DNA from: a virus
DNA length: 64,000 nucleotides
IMG/VR virus record: IMGVR_UViG_3300014720_000002
Reading direction: 5' to 3' (one strand)
Shown one piece after another: positions 38,214-46,764 of this stretch. A model generated the notes under the pieces. The model worked only from the letters and a program-made list of their open reading frames with translations. It ran no database searches and had not been told where the DNA came from. Each line of letters begins with the position of its first letter. Position 1 is the first letter of the stretch. A program made the translations under genes and the position numbers.

Positions 38214-38233
38214 GCATCATTAAAGGATCGACT

Positions 38234-38923
38234 TTGCTTTATCTGTCCAATGACTCGCTGTGGTATGACACCCGTCCCGATGACTACGGGCGGGATGCTG
38301 ATTGGGAAGTTGCGGCCAAATCCATTGAATCGAACCATGTGCCCAGTGACCCGGCGCACTGGGAGAAGTTCCTGACCTCCATCCGAGAGAACGGCGTCAA
38401 GAAGCCCATCACGCTGCAGCGCCGGAACGGCGGCTGGCGTGTGACCCAAGGACACCATCGGGTTTGGGGTGCGAACAAGACGCATCGGTTTTGGGTGCCC
38501 GTTCGGCTGTCTTCGGCGGCAGACTTGGCGCGCGAGAAAGCGCTGCTTCAGAACGGCCAGCCAAAGTGGGTGCGGGTGTATGACAACGAAGGTGAATCGG
38601 CTGACCGATACACTGTGTGCTTTACAGGTCGTTATCGCACCCCGCTGCCGCCAGATCAGCATGCCTACTACGGTCGCTACACCTGGTATCAATACCTGGG
38701 CATGAGCGCTAACCCATTCAACCCGCAAGGCATTGGAATGCACGCCGAGAACCGAAAACAGATCGACGTGAACAAATCAGGCTTCGCGCCAGCTATCGGA
38801 CGGCGCTGCCATCTCGGCAAGCGCATTCCGTTCGACGAATTGCCGTTCGACTGCCAGCGGCTGGCGTGGCGTGACTACAGCATGCTGTGGATGGTCAGAG
38901 TGCCGAGAAAACTTCTGGGATGA
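38234..38923 (+). CDS. ParB/Sulfiredoxin-like domain fused to an uncharacterised phage domain
   Basis: 'FLTSIRENGVKKPITL...WRVTQGHHRVWGA' is the ParB-N GHHR motif. C-domain: 'VYDNEGESADRYTV...MSANPFNPQG...HLGKRIPFDELP'. Likely start is TTG 38234 after aaagga; the 38129 start would run through the hairpins. Confidence 0.6.
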   Translation: MLYLSNDSLWYDTRPDDYGRDADWEVAAKSIESNHVPSDPAHWEKFLTSIRENGVKKPITLQRRNGGWRVTQGHHRVWGANKTHRFWVPVRLSSAADLAREKALLQNGQPKWVRVYDNEGESADRYTVCFTGRYRTPLPPDQHAYYGRYTWYQYLGMSANPFNPQGIGMHAENRKQIDVNKSGFAPAIGRRCHLGKRIPFDELPFDCQRLAWRDYSMLWMVRVPRKLLG

Positions 38924-39210
38924 GCCAACGACACGTAATTCTGTCCGGCATAGGCTACCGGGTTGAGGTGGCGGACAACCAGGTGCTCTTCACCGAAGAG
39001 ATCTGCATCAGCGGGTGCCATTGCCGGTTTGCGCTGGAGCGTCCTCCGGAGATCAACAACAGTCCCGGTATCTGGTGGTTGGTCCATCTTGACTCAACCT
39101 CTGGCCGGATACCGGCCTCGCACATTGCCAAGGCGTTGGAGTATTGCGAGCGGGAGTTTGGCGCCAGTTTCAAACCCTACAGTGGCGGGCTTCACTGCAA
39201 CGTAACATGA
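38920..39210 (+). CDS. Hypothetical protein
   Basis: 96 aa from ATG 38920 (ATGA overlap). Confidence 0.5.
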   Translation: MSQRHVILSGIGYRVEVADNQVLFTEEICISGCHCRFALERPPEINNSPGIWWLVHLDSTSGRIPASHIAKALEYCEREFGASFKPYSGGLHCNVT

Positions 39211-39566
39211 GCGAAACGACAACCCTAGCCGATGGTCTGCAGATTGTGTCTCCGCGTGAGCCTGTCGGGCATGTGGATGCAACACCTGACGACGACTACG
39301 TGCTGCGCATCCTTGGCGCGCACCTGGACATGCAGAACTGCACTGTGACGGCCGATCCGCCCAACGTGCTGGCCGACTACATGAACTACTGCACCGAGCG
39401 GCGCCGTGTGCTGCTGGCGCATGCCATGGCCGTGCTGGTGAACCATGCCGACGCGGAGCGCGTCAAGCTGGCGCCCCATCTGGCCACAGTGGAGGAGAAA
39501 TGGAAGGCTACGCTGACGAAGGTCAGCGGGAAAACGCCCGAGGCATCTGCGCCCCCACCGACGTGA
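39207..39566 (+). CDS. Hypothetical protein
   Basis: 119 aa from ATG 39207; its 3' end overlaps the terminase 3' end convergently. Confidence 0.5.
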   Translation: MSETTTLADGLQIVSPREPVGHVDATPDDDYVLRILGAHLDMQNCTVTADPPNVLADYMNYCTERRRVLLAHAMAVLVNHADAERVKLAPHLATVEEKWKATLTKVSGKTPEASAPPPT

Positions 39567-41373
39567 TGTGCGCCAGCGGGCTCTTGAGCGCGCTCTCCAC
39601 CCGGATCCGGGTGGAGAGGTCGGCGAACATCGGCTCGCCCAGCAGTATCTTGGTGAGCATGAACCCGTAGTTGAGCGCCATCAGCGTGTCGTTGGGTTTG
39701 CTGGCGCTGCCGCGGTAGATGAACGTCGAGGCACCCGTGCCGGACTTCTCGCCCGGCGCGCGGTAGATGTTCAGGCAGTCCGTCAGCATGGCCTGGGCAA
39801 GCTCCCAGGAGTAGCAGCGGAACCGGCCTTTACGCAGCGCCTCGAAGGTGAGCGACAGCGACTCGGTCTTGTTGAGCGACCACTGGTTGTAGAGGTGCTC
39901 CTTGCCCGGTTCGGAGATGAGCGCCGATTCCGGTCCGACGTAGTTGAAGATGAGGTGCCGCTCCAGTGGCAGCTTCTGACGGATGCGGCTGTTATAGACC
40001 GCGCCGACACCGAAGTCCGTGGCGATGGCAAAGCCGCCCATGCGCTGATGGTGGGCGATGATCGTGTCCGAGATGTCGTCGTAGTCCATGCCCGAATAGC
40101 GGCGCATGTGCACGATGTCGATTTGTCCCAGCGGGGAAATGCCCAGCATCACATGCACCGTGGTGCTGACCTTCATGTTCTCCGCTGGGATGTAATCGCT
40201 GCCACCCCAGTCGCAGGCGCTGATGACGAACTGGTAGCCGCCTTTGGCGGCCTTCTGCTCCAGCGCGCCGACATCGTTGCCCAGCGTGCACAAGGCCTGC
40301 AGGTGAGACTTGGTGAGTTCGCGTTCGCCAGTTTCAGTGGCGATGCCAAGAATCTCCTGCAGGAATTTTCGTGAATCCTGGCTGTGCTTCTTCTCACAGA
40401 TTTCCGCCCAGCGGAACTGGTTGTAGATAACGGCCGGCACGATCAACTGAGGGATGTGAAAGCCGACTTTCTTCTGCGCCAGGCGGTCGCCGTAGGCATG
40501 GACAAACTGACCATCGAGGATGTTGAGCAGCTTGCCACACTTGACGCAGGAAGGACCGGCCGGCTGGATCATGTCCATCACCTTGAAGTCAGGGAGCGGG
40601 ATGTTGTCAGTGCGACAGCCGTCGCATTTGGTGACCCAGACACCCTGTGACGAGGCATCCCACTTGGCCTCCAACATGGTGTCGGTGGTGATGCTCGTTC
40701 CGGCGTAGATCTTGATCGGCATCTCCGATGCGCTCTGCACCTGCTCCACCTCAAGCTCAAGATCTGGGTCGAAGTCCTGCACCTCGTCGTAGAGCAGTTC
40801 GTCCGTGCTCTTGGAGCGCGCGTTGGCGGCGGTGGACAGGACGTAAATCAGTTCAATGCGGGAACCGCTGGCGAATTCCTTCAGATGCAGGTTGTTGCGC
40901 AGCGAGTGGTCGGGCTTGTAGTGGATGTGCGCACGGTCCACATCCCGGAGACGATTGGAGTAGGTGTTGAGATACTGCCGCCGTGGGCAGAGGTAAAGCG
41001 AAGCGAAATTGGGCAGCAGCCGGGCCATCATGATCTGCCTGGCAGCCAGTGAACTGCTCTTCGCGATCTGACGGCTGCCCTTGAAAACGCTGAAACCGCC
41101 AACCTGGATGTTGAACATCTGGAAGGCGTAGGGGTAGTTGATGAAACTTAACGGCTTGTCCTTCGGATACCGGGGGAAATAGAGTGGGGCCAGAAATGCC
41201 AGGTTGAACTTGCAGAATTGGATGAGGTCCCACTGTGCATCCGACAGCGGACCCGCCGCCGAAGGCGTCGCGTCCAGCTTGATCCGCAGATCCTCCACCA
41301 ACTTGACCTTTCTCTGCAGGCCGTGGCGAAACTCGCCATCAGTCCTGGCTGTGCGTTCAAGATCGAAATACAT
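39523..41373 (-). CDS. terL: Terminase large subunit (GpA-like ATPase plus nuclease)
   Basis: Adenine-binding 'YPYAFQMF', Walker A-like KGSRQIAKSS, Walker B LLYDEVQD, coupling motif AGT, Zn finger (CDGC...CVKCG) and nuclease acidic residues (SACDWGG, ATDFGVG, PNDTLMA). Confidence 0.85.
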   Translation of the reverse strand: MYFDLERTARTDGEFRHGLQRKVKLVEDLRIKLDATPSAAGPLSDAQWDLIQFCKFNLAFLAPLYFPRYPKDKPLSFINYPYAFQMFNIQVGGFSVFKGSRQIAKSSSLAARQIMMARLLPNFASLYLCPRRQYLNTYSNRLRDVDRAHIHYKPDHSLRNNLHLKEFASGSRIELIYVLSTAANARSKSTDELLYDEVQDFDPDLELEVEQVQSASEMPIKIYAGTSITTDTMLEAKWDASSQGVWVTKCDGCRTDNIPLPDFKVMDMIQPAGPSCVKCGKLLNILDGQFVHAYGDRLAQKKVGFHIPQLIVPAVIYNQFRWAEICEKKHSQDSRKFLQEILGIATETGERELTKSHLQALCTLGNDVGALEQKAAKGGYQFVISACDWGGSDYIPAENMKVSTTVHVMLGISPLGQIDIVHMRRYSGMDYDDISDTIIAHHQRMGGFAIATDFGVGAVYNSRIRQKLPLERHLIFNYVGPESALISEPGKEHLYNQWSLNKTESLSLTFEALRKGRFRCYSWELAQAMLTDCLNIYRAPGEKSGTGASTFIYRGSASKPNDTLMALNYGFMLTKILLGEPMFADLSTRIRVESALKSPLAHITSVGAQMPRAFSR

Positions 41374-41378
41374 GAGTT

Positions 41379-41957
41379 ATGCCGGATGATGTAACAGCGC
41401 CCAGCGCGCCAGCAACCACCGAACCGGAAACCAGTCCGACCGCGCCCGCCAGCCCGCAGGGGGATACACCAGCCGGAGCGCCCGGGGTGACCAATTCAAG
41501 CCGGCAGGCACGGCCTTTGCCAGCAGAAACTCGAAGCGAGTTCTTTGCTGGTCGGCCTCCTTCTGTGGAAGGCCAGGCCGAACCACCGTCGCCACCAGTT
41601 GCGCCAGCAGAACCGCCGCCGGTGAGGGGTGATCTGGATGATGAGGACTTGGAGTTCAAGATCCATCTGACGATTGTCGGTCGAAAGGGTGAACTGGCGA
41701 GCCGGTCAGTCACCATCTCGTGCTCTGGCGGTCTGGGTCGCACCAAAGACGGGGCCGTGCTGCAGGCCAGAGAGGCAGCTACATCGCAGATGCAGACGCT
41801 GCTGCGCCGCATGCTGGACAAGCTGCAGGCCGACACCAGCAAGTTGACGGACACGCCACCACTCGCCTTGGCGCCTGGGCCGTCGGCAATCGCCGCGCTG
41901 GCCGTTGAACCGCCTTCTGCGGAGGGCGAGTTGGAGGAATTGGCACCGCGGACCTGA
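41379..41957 (+). CDS. Hypothetical protein with Pro-rich N-terminus
   Basis: 192-aa ORF starting 5 nt from the divergent terminase start. Confidence 0.5.
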   Translation: MPDDVTAPSAPATTEPETSPTAPASPQGDTPAGAPGVTNSSRQARPLPAETRSEFFAGRPPSVEGQAEPPSPPVAPAEPPPVRGDLDDEDLEFKIHLTIVGRKGELASRSVTISCSGGLGRTKDGAVLQAREAATSQMQTLLRRMLDKLQADTSKLTDTPPLALAPGPSAIAALAVEPPSAEGELEELAPRT

Positions 41958-42223
41958 TGAAGAACTACGACTGTCGGTTTGTCCTGGGTTCACAGCGCCT
42001 GGGTGTGGTGTTGCAGTTGCTGGTTGCGCTGCCGGATACTGATCGGCCGAGTAAAGCCAGGCTGGTGGAGGCCGCCCGAACACAGTTGCGCGCGGCGTGG
42101 CATGACAGCCCGCATTTGGACCTGTCCGTAAATTCTTCCGGCCCGCTCAGAAATTTCACAGCGATAGTGACCTGGACTTCGCTGACGGAAGACAACCTCG
42201 TGGAGTGGCACCCCGCCAAGTGA
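41957..42223 (+). CDS. Hypothetical protein
   Basis: 88 aa, TGATG-coupled. Confidence 0.5.
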   Translation: MKNYDCRFVLGSQRLGVVLQLLVALPDTDRPSKARLVEAARTQLRAAWHDSPHLDLSVNSSGPLRNFTAIVTWTSLTEDNLVEWHPAK

Positions 42224-42744
42224 GTGATTCAAATTCCAGCAAGATTCCATTGGACTACTCGGTTTTCACCGACGGGTCTGGCCATCCAGACGGGTATGGC
42301 GGATGGGCCGCGACGGCCATCGAAAACGCCACCGGACGCAAGATGTTCCGGATGGGCGGACAGTCCGGCACCTCCGTCGAACGGATGGAGTTGACGGCCC
42401 TGATCGAGGGCCTGCTGATGTGCGCCGAACTTGGCCGGCTGGCGCTGAACGTCGAGCCGCACCAAATCTATTTCCGCAAAACCGTCCTGTGGCGATCTGA
42501 CCGGGAGTCATTGGTCAAGACCATCACAGGTGAATACCGGCGCAGCACGGAGCCAGACCTCTGGAAGCGCCTGGATGTGGTGATGGCCCGGTTCGCCATC
42601 TCCGCCGAACACGTCAGTCGGGAGAATGACTTTCCCGAGTTTGGGCCGGTGGACCTGCACGCGTCTTCCGCCCGTATCATCATGAAATCCTACACGTTGA
42701 GTGCAGAGATGCCGGCACCGTGTCTTCCTTTCGACCAAGCATGA
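42220..42744 (+). CDS. rnhA: Ribonuclease HI
   Basis: VFTDGS, RMELTALIEGL, WRSD and DLWKRL motifs, plus a C-terminal Asp (GPVDLHA). GTG start at 42220 overlaps the previous stop. Confidence 0.85.
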   Translation: MSDSNSSKIPLDYSVFTDGSGHPDGYGGWAATAIENATGRKMFRMGGQSGTSVERMELTALIEGLLMCAELGRLALNVEPHQIYFRKTVLWRSDRESLVKTITGEYRRSTEPDLWKRLDVVMARFAISAEHVSRENDFPEFGPVDLHASSARIIMKSYTLSAEMPAPCLPFDQA

Positions 42745-44759
42745 GCTTTACCGTTTTGAAAACCATGACCGTGAGCGACTACTGGGCGCTGGTCCAACAG
42801 ATCAACGAACTCGACCACGCCTACCACGTCTTGAACCAGCCGACCGTTCCGGATGCAGTTTATGACGAGCTTATTCGCCGGCTGCTGGAGTTTGAGGCCG
42901 TGCACCCGACGCTGGCGCTGCCCAACTCGCCCTCCCGGCGGGTCGGCTCTTGCCTGACCGGCGACCGCCTGCAGGTGCCGCATGCGCAGCCGATGCTGAG
43001 TCTCGACAACATCTTCGAGGTGGAGGTGCTGGTCCGCCGGCTGGAAGCGCTGCTGGACAATGGCGACACCGACTGGGTGCTGGAGCCGAAAGTGGACGGA
43101 CTCAGCATCAACCTGACTTACGAGCAGGGTAACCTGGTGCGCGCCACAACACGCGGAGATGGCGCGGTCGGTGAAGATGTGACCGCGGCGGTAATGACCA
43201 TTGGCGATGTGCCGCTGAAGCTGCGCGATGGACAGATTCCCTCCCGGGTGGATGTGCGGGGCGAAGCATTTATCGAACGGGCGGACTTCGACGCCTGGAA
43301 CGGCCGGCGGGTTGCGGCCGGTGAGCAGCCCATGGCCAATCCACGCAACGCCGCCGTCGGCGCCGTGATGCGCAGCGACAGCCGAGAGACTGCCAAGGTT
43401 CCGTTGCGGTTCGTGCCCTACACGCTGCCAGACTCATCGATGGAGTTCGCCACCTATGCCGAGCAGAAACTCTGGTTCAAGGCGGCGGGTTTCAGTTCGC
43501 TGCGCGACTGGTATGCCCGGGATGTGCAGACACTGGCCGACTTGGTGATCAAGTTCAACGACGTGTGGCGGTCGGAACTGCCATTCCCTACCGATGGCGC
43601 GGTCATCAAGGTCAACAACCTTGCGTTGCGCAAAAAGCTGGGAGCGCACGACAAGGCGCCGCGCTGGGCGTTCGCATTCAAATATCAGGCAGAGCGCGCG
43701 GAGACGCAGTTGAACGGCATCACCATCCAAGTGGGCCGGCTGGGTGCGTTGACGCCTGTGGCAGAACTGAATCCAGTCGAACTGGCTGGCACCACCATCC
43801 GTCGGGCGTCGCTGCACAACTTCGACATGATCAAGGCGCTCGACCTGGCGGTTGGGGACACCGTGCTGATCGAGAAAGCCGGCGAGATCATTCCGTATGT
43901 CCTGGCCGTAACGCACAAGCATCCCAAACGGGTGCCCACAGCCACGCCCGACAAATGTCCGGTCTGCGGCGGCGCAGTGGAACGGCGCCATAACGACGAC
44001 GGTGAAGCCGGTGTGGCGCTGACCTGCGTCAACTATCACTGTGAGGCGCAGATTATCGGCCGACTGGAGAAATGGTGCAGCAAAGAGGCCATGGACCTGG
44101 AGGCGGTTGGTCCGGGAATGGTGGAGAAGCTGGTGCGTGAACTGAACGTGCGCGAGCCGGCGGACCTCTATCGCGAAACCCTGCCGGACAGGCTGGCGCT
44201 GCTCGCCGGTATGGGAGACAAGAAGATCGCCAACTTCGTGTCTGAACGGGACGCCAGCAAGAGCCGCGGCATGCAGGCGGTGCTGACCGGCCTCTGCATT
44301 CCCCGGATCGGCAACACGATCGGGAAGAAGTTGGCACGTCGGTTTCCCGACCTGCTGGCGTTGATCAAGGCCGTGGACGAGAACACCAGCCTGCCCGGCA
44401 TGGGCAAGGTTGACTTCCAGGCCTTGAAGGCTTGGTTTGCCGATGGTCCGCGGCACGCCATGATCGGACGGCTGGCGGAGGCTGGAGTATCGCTCAAGTC
44501 CAGCACCTATTCCGAGAAGGAAGCTGCCGGTCCGTTCAGCGGACAGTTGGTGGTGTTCACGGGCACGCTGGAAAGCATGGAGCGCGATGTCGCGCGCAGC
44601 CGGGTTGAAGAGCTTGGCGGCCGGACGTCCGGTAGTGTCAGCGGCAAGACCACCATGCTGGTGGCCGGCGAAGAAGCTGGCAGCAAGTTGGACAAGGCGC
44701 GCAAGCAGGGTATCCGTATCCTGACCGAGGCTGAGTTCCTGGAGATGTTGAAGTCATGA
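42741..44759 (+). CDS. ligA: NAD-dependent DNA ligase
   Basis: EPKVDGLS (KxDG), TRGDG..GEDVT, EVRGE-like DVRGE, TDGAVIK, PRWAFAFKY, OB fold, C4 zinc finger, HhH repeats and BRCT (VVFTGTL...VSGKTTMLVAG). Confidence 0.97.
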   Translation: MSFTVLKTMTVSDYWALVQQINELDHAYHVLNQPTVPDAVYDELIRRLLEFEAVHPTLALPNSPSRRVGSCLTGDRLQVPHAQPMLSLDNIFEVEVLVRRLEALLDNGDTDWVLEPKVDGLSINLTYEQGNLVRATTRGDGAVGEDVTAAVMTIGDVPLKLRDGQIPSRVDVRGEAFIERADFDAWNGRRVAAGEQPMANPRNAAVGAVMRSDSRETAKVPLRFVPYTLPDSSMEFATYAEQKLWFKAAGFSSLRDWYARDVQTLADLVIKFNDVWRSELPFPTDGAVIKVNNLALRKKLGAHDKAPRWAFAFKYQAERAETQLNGITIQVGRLGALTPVAELNPVELAGTTIRRASLHNFDMIKALDLAVGDTVLIEKAGEIIPYVLAVTHKHPKRVPTATPDKCPVCGGAVERRHNDDGEAGVALTCVNYHCEAQIIGRLEKWCSKEAMDLEAVGPGMVEKLVRELNVREPADLYRETLPDRLALLAGMGDKKIANFVSERDASKSRGMQAVLTGLCIPRIGNTIGKKLARRFPDLLALIKAVDENTSLPGMGKVDFQALKAWFADGPRHAMIGRLAEAGVSLKSSTYSEKEAAGPFSGQLVVFTGTLESMERDVARSRVEELGGRTSGSVSGKTTMLVAGEEAGSKLDKARKQGIRILTEAEFLEMLKS

Positions 44760-45112
44760 GCAGACGACGTAAAAGCAAGCCGGAGGCGCCGACTGCGCCG
44801 ACAACGGGATCAGCCCGTGAAGTGACGTGGGATAAATTGCTGACTTTGTTCGACAAGACGTTGCACGAGCAGTTTGAAAAATGGCGCAAGAACCGTGGCG
44901 TGGAGGCGGTGGTATGTTTCGAGAACGTCCTCACCGGCGAGCGCAGCGCGATGGCCGTCGGCCACGCCTGCACGCACCGGCTGGAAGAGGCGCTGAATGG
45001 CAAGCTGGCCGGCAAGTCCGGCGACAGCGGCAACGACAAAATCCCAATCGAGTATGCCTGGTGTAGAACAACAGCCGTGGAAGTCCAGGGGGACACCGGT
45101 GCTGGGACGTGA
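44756..45112 (+). CDS. Hypothetical protein
   Basis: 118 aa, ATGA overlap. Confidence 0.5.
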   Translation: MSRRRKSKPEAPTAPTTGSAREVTWDKLLTLFDKTLHEQFEKWRKNRGVEAVVCFENVLTGERSAMAVGHACTHRLEEALNGKLAGKSGDSGNDKIPIEYAWCRTTAVEVQGDTGAGT

Positions 45113-45275
45113 CGGCAAGTCCCGTGGTGAGACCACGGGCAAGTTGAAACCGTGCAACATCGAAGGCTGCCCTGGGCAGATGTTCCAGGTGCAGTGGACG
45201 GCGCCGGTGGAGAAGACCTGGTGCTGTTGCTGTGACATCCAGGTGCGCAAGGGAATGATTCGACTGGTGGATTGA
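45099..45275 (+). CDS. Small Cys-rich (putative Zn-binding) protein
   Basis: GTG 45099: VLGRDGKSRGETTGKLKPCNIEGCPG...VQW...WCCCC; fills the gap before sbcD. Confidence 0.4.
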   Translation: MLGRDGKSRGETTGKLKPCNIEGCPGQMFQVQWTAPVEKTWCCCCDIQVRKGMIRLVD

Positions 45276-45277
45276 GC

Positions 45278-46387
45278 ATGAGCACAACAAGCAAACGTGT
45301 GGCCTGGCTGAGCGACACGCATCTCGGGTATCGGCAATACGGATTGGCCCGTCGCCAGCAGGACTTCAGCCTGGCGCTGGAGAGCGCACTGGCGGACATC
45401 TACAAACAGGGCATCAGACTGGTGCTCAACACCGGTGACCTTCTGCATAGCAACCGGCCCGGTGCGGACACAATGGCGGATGTCCAGCGCATGCACACCT
45501 GGCTGGTGGCGCAGCAGATGATGATGCTGGTGATTCCAGGCAACCATGACCGGGCGTTGGATGAGCACCACTGGATACATGTGGTGAATCCCAACAACTC
45601 GCCGGGAGGTATTGGGCTGCTTGACGGCGCGACCGCGTCGATAGCTGGTATTCGTATTCACGGCGTCGGGCATTTGGCCAAGGAGAAGTTCCTGGCCCAT
45701 CCGTTTCCGGCTCAGATGGACATCATCATGTGCCATCAGGCCGTCGTGGAGTTCATCAACTTCGAGAGTGCTTCGGCCCTGCACATTGCCGACCTGCCGC
45801 TGGCAAAAGCTCGTGCGGTATTGTTGGGCGACATCCACATCACCGACCTGCGCTATGTGGGCGATGTGCTGGTCGGATACCCTGGATCGACGGAATCAAA
45901 TTCGGCGTCGGAACCCGATCAGAAACACTGGGTGGAGCTTGCGGTCCCGGAAACCGGACGCATCGAGTTCACCCTGCACCCCATTGCCACCCGGCCTGTG
46001 CTCCGGGCCGAGGTCAACCGGCTGGAGGACATAACTGCGCTGGTCACCAAGGCCAGCAGCACGGGACGTCCGCCGGTGATCCACGTCAGCTATGACGCTT
46101 CGGTGCCGGAGTTGCAGCCCGCCCTTCTGCGGGAACTGAACCCAGACCGGTTTGTGCTGCGACTGGAACCCCGGCTGACTCAGCCGGGAGTTCGCCGTGA
46201 CACGTCGCTGCCAGAGCCGGCTGAAGCCGCCGACATCAATCCGGAACTGATCCTGCGAGACATGGTGGGCGACGATCCGGATCTCTACGCAGTGGCCGCT
46301 GGACTCGTCCGGGCTGACAACAATCCTGCGTCGGTGCTGTCCGGCTTTGTGGACCGGCGGCTGCGCGAGATCCAGGCTGCGGCATGA
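45278..46387 (+). CDS. sbcD: SbcD/Mre11 (gp47-like) metallophosphoesterase nuclease
   Basis: SDTHLG, GDLLH, PGNHD, CHQ, LGDIH and YPGS motifs. Confidence 0.93.
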   Translation: MSTTSKRVAWLSDTHLGYRQYGLARRQQDFSLALESALADIYKQGIRLVLNTGDLLHSNRPGADTMADVQRMHTWLVAQQMMMLVIPGNHDRALDEHHWIHVVNPNNSPGGIGLLDGATASIAGIRIHGVGHLAKEKFLAHPFPAQMDIIMCHQAVVEFINFESASALHIADLPLAKARAVLLGDIHITDLRYVGDVLVGYPGSTESNSASEPDQKHWVELAVPETGRIEFTLHPIATRPVLRAEVNRLEDITALVTKASSTGRPPVIHVSYDASVPELQPALLRELNPDRFVLRLEPRLTQPGVRRDTSLPEPAEAADINPELILRDMVGDDPDLYAVAAGLVRADNNPASVLSGFVDRRLREIQAAA

Positions 46388-46764
46388 CACCCAGCCAGCA
46401 GGCATGCCGGCTGCAGCGTGAACGGAACGTGTTTCCGCACGCGCTGTGGATGGAGGATGCCATGGTGACCTCACCCTGTTCCCTGCTGCTGGTTCATCCC
46501 GATGAGCCGGCAGCAGGGCGGTCGGTGGAGGCGTTTGGTTTTTACGTCCTCGATGAGGATGAGCAGCAGCAGGCCATGCAGATCTGCGCGGGCCGAGTAA
46601 TGCGCTGCTCGTTCATGGGAGACGGGCTACGGCAGTGCCGCATCGAAATCGTCGAGGACGGACAGGCCTGCTGGTTCCGGTGTGCTGGCGACAAGTTCAA
46701 GAAACTGAAACATGCGAATCAAGAAACTGACGGCGGCCAACTACGGCCGCCATGCGAAGGTTGA
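46384..46764 (+). CDS. Hypothetical protein
   Basis: 126 aa between sbcD and sbcC, ATGA overlap. Confidence 0.45.
   Translation: MTPSQQACRLQRERNVFPHALWMEDAMVTSPCSLLLVHPDEPAAGRSVEAFGFYVLDEDEQQQAMQICAGRVMRCSFMGDGLRQCRIEIVEDGQACWFRCAGDKFKKLKHANQETDGGQLRPPCEG

Noticed and set aside
38129-38233. N-terminal extension of the ParB-like ORF
   Set aside because: It runs through three hairpins and has atypical composition. TTG 38234 after aaagga is a more plausible start.
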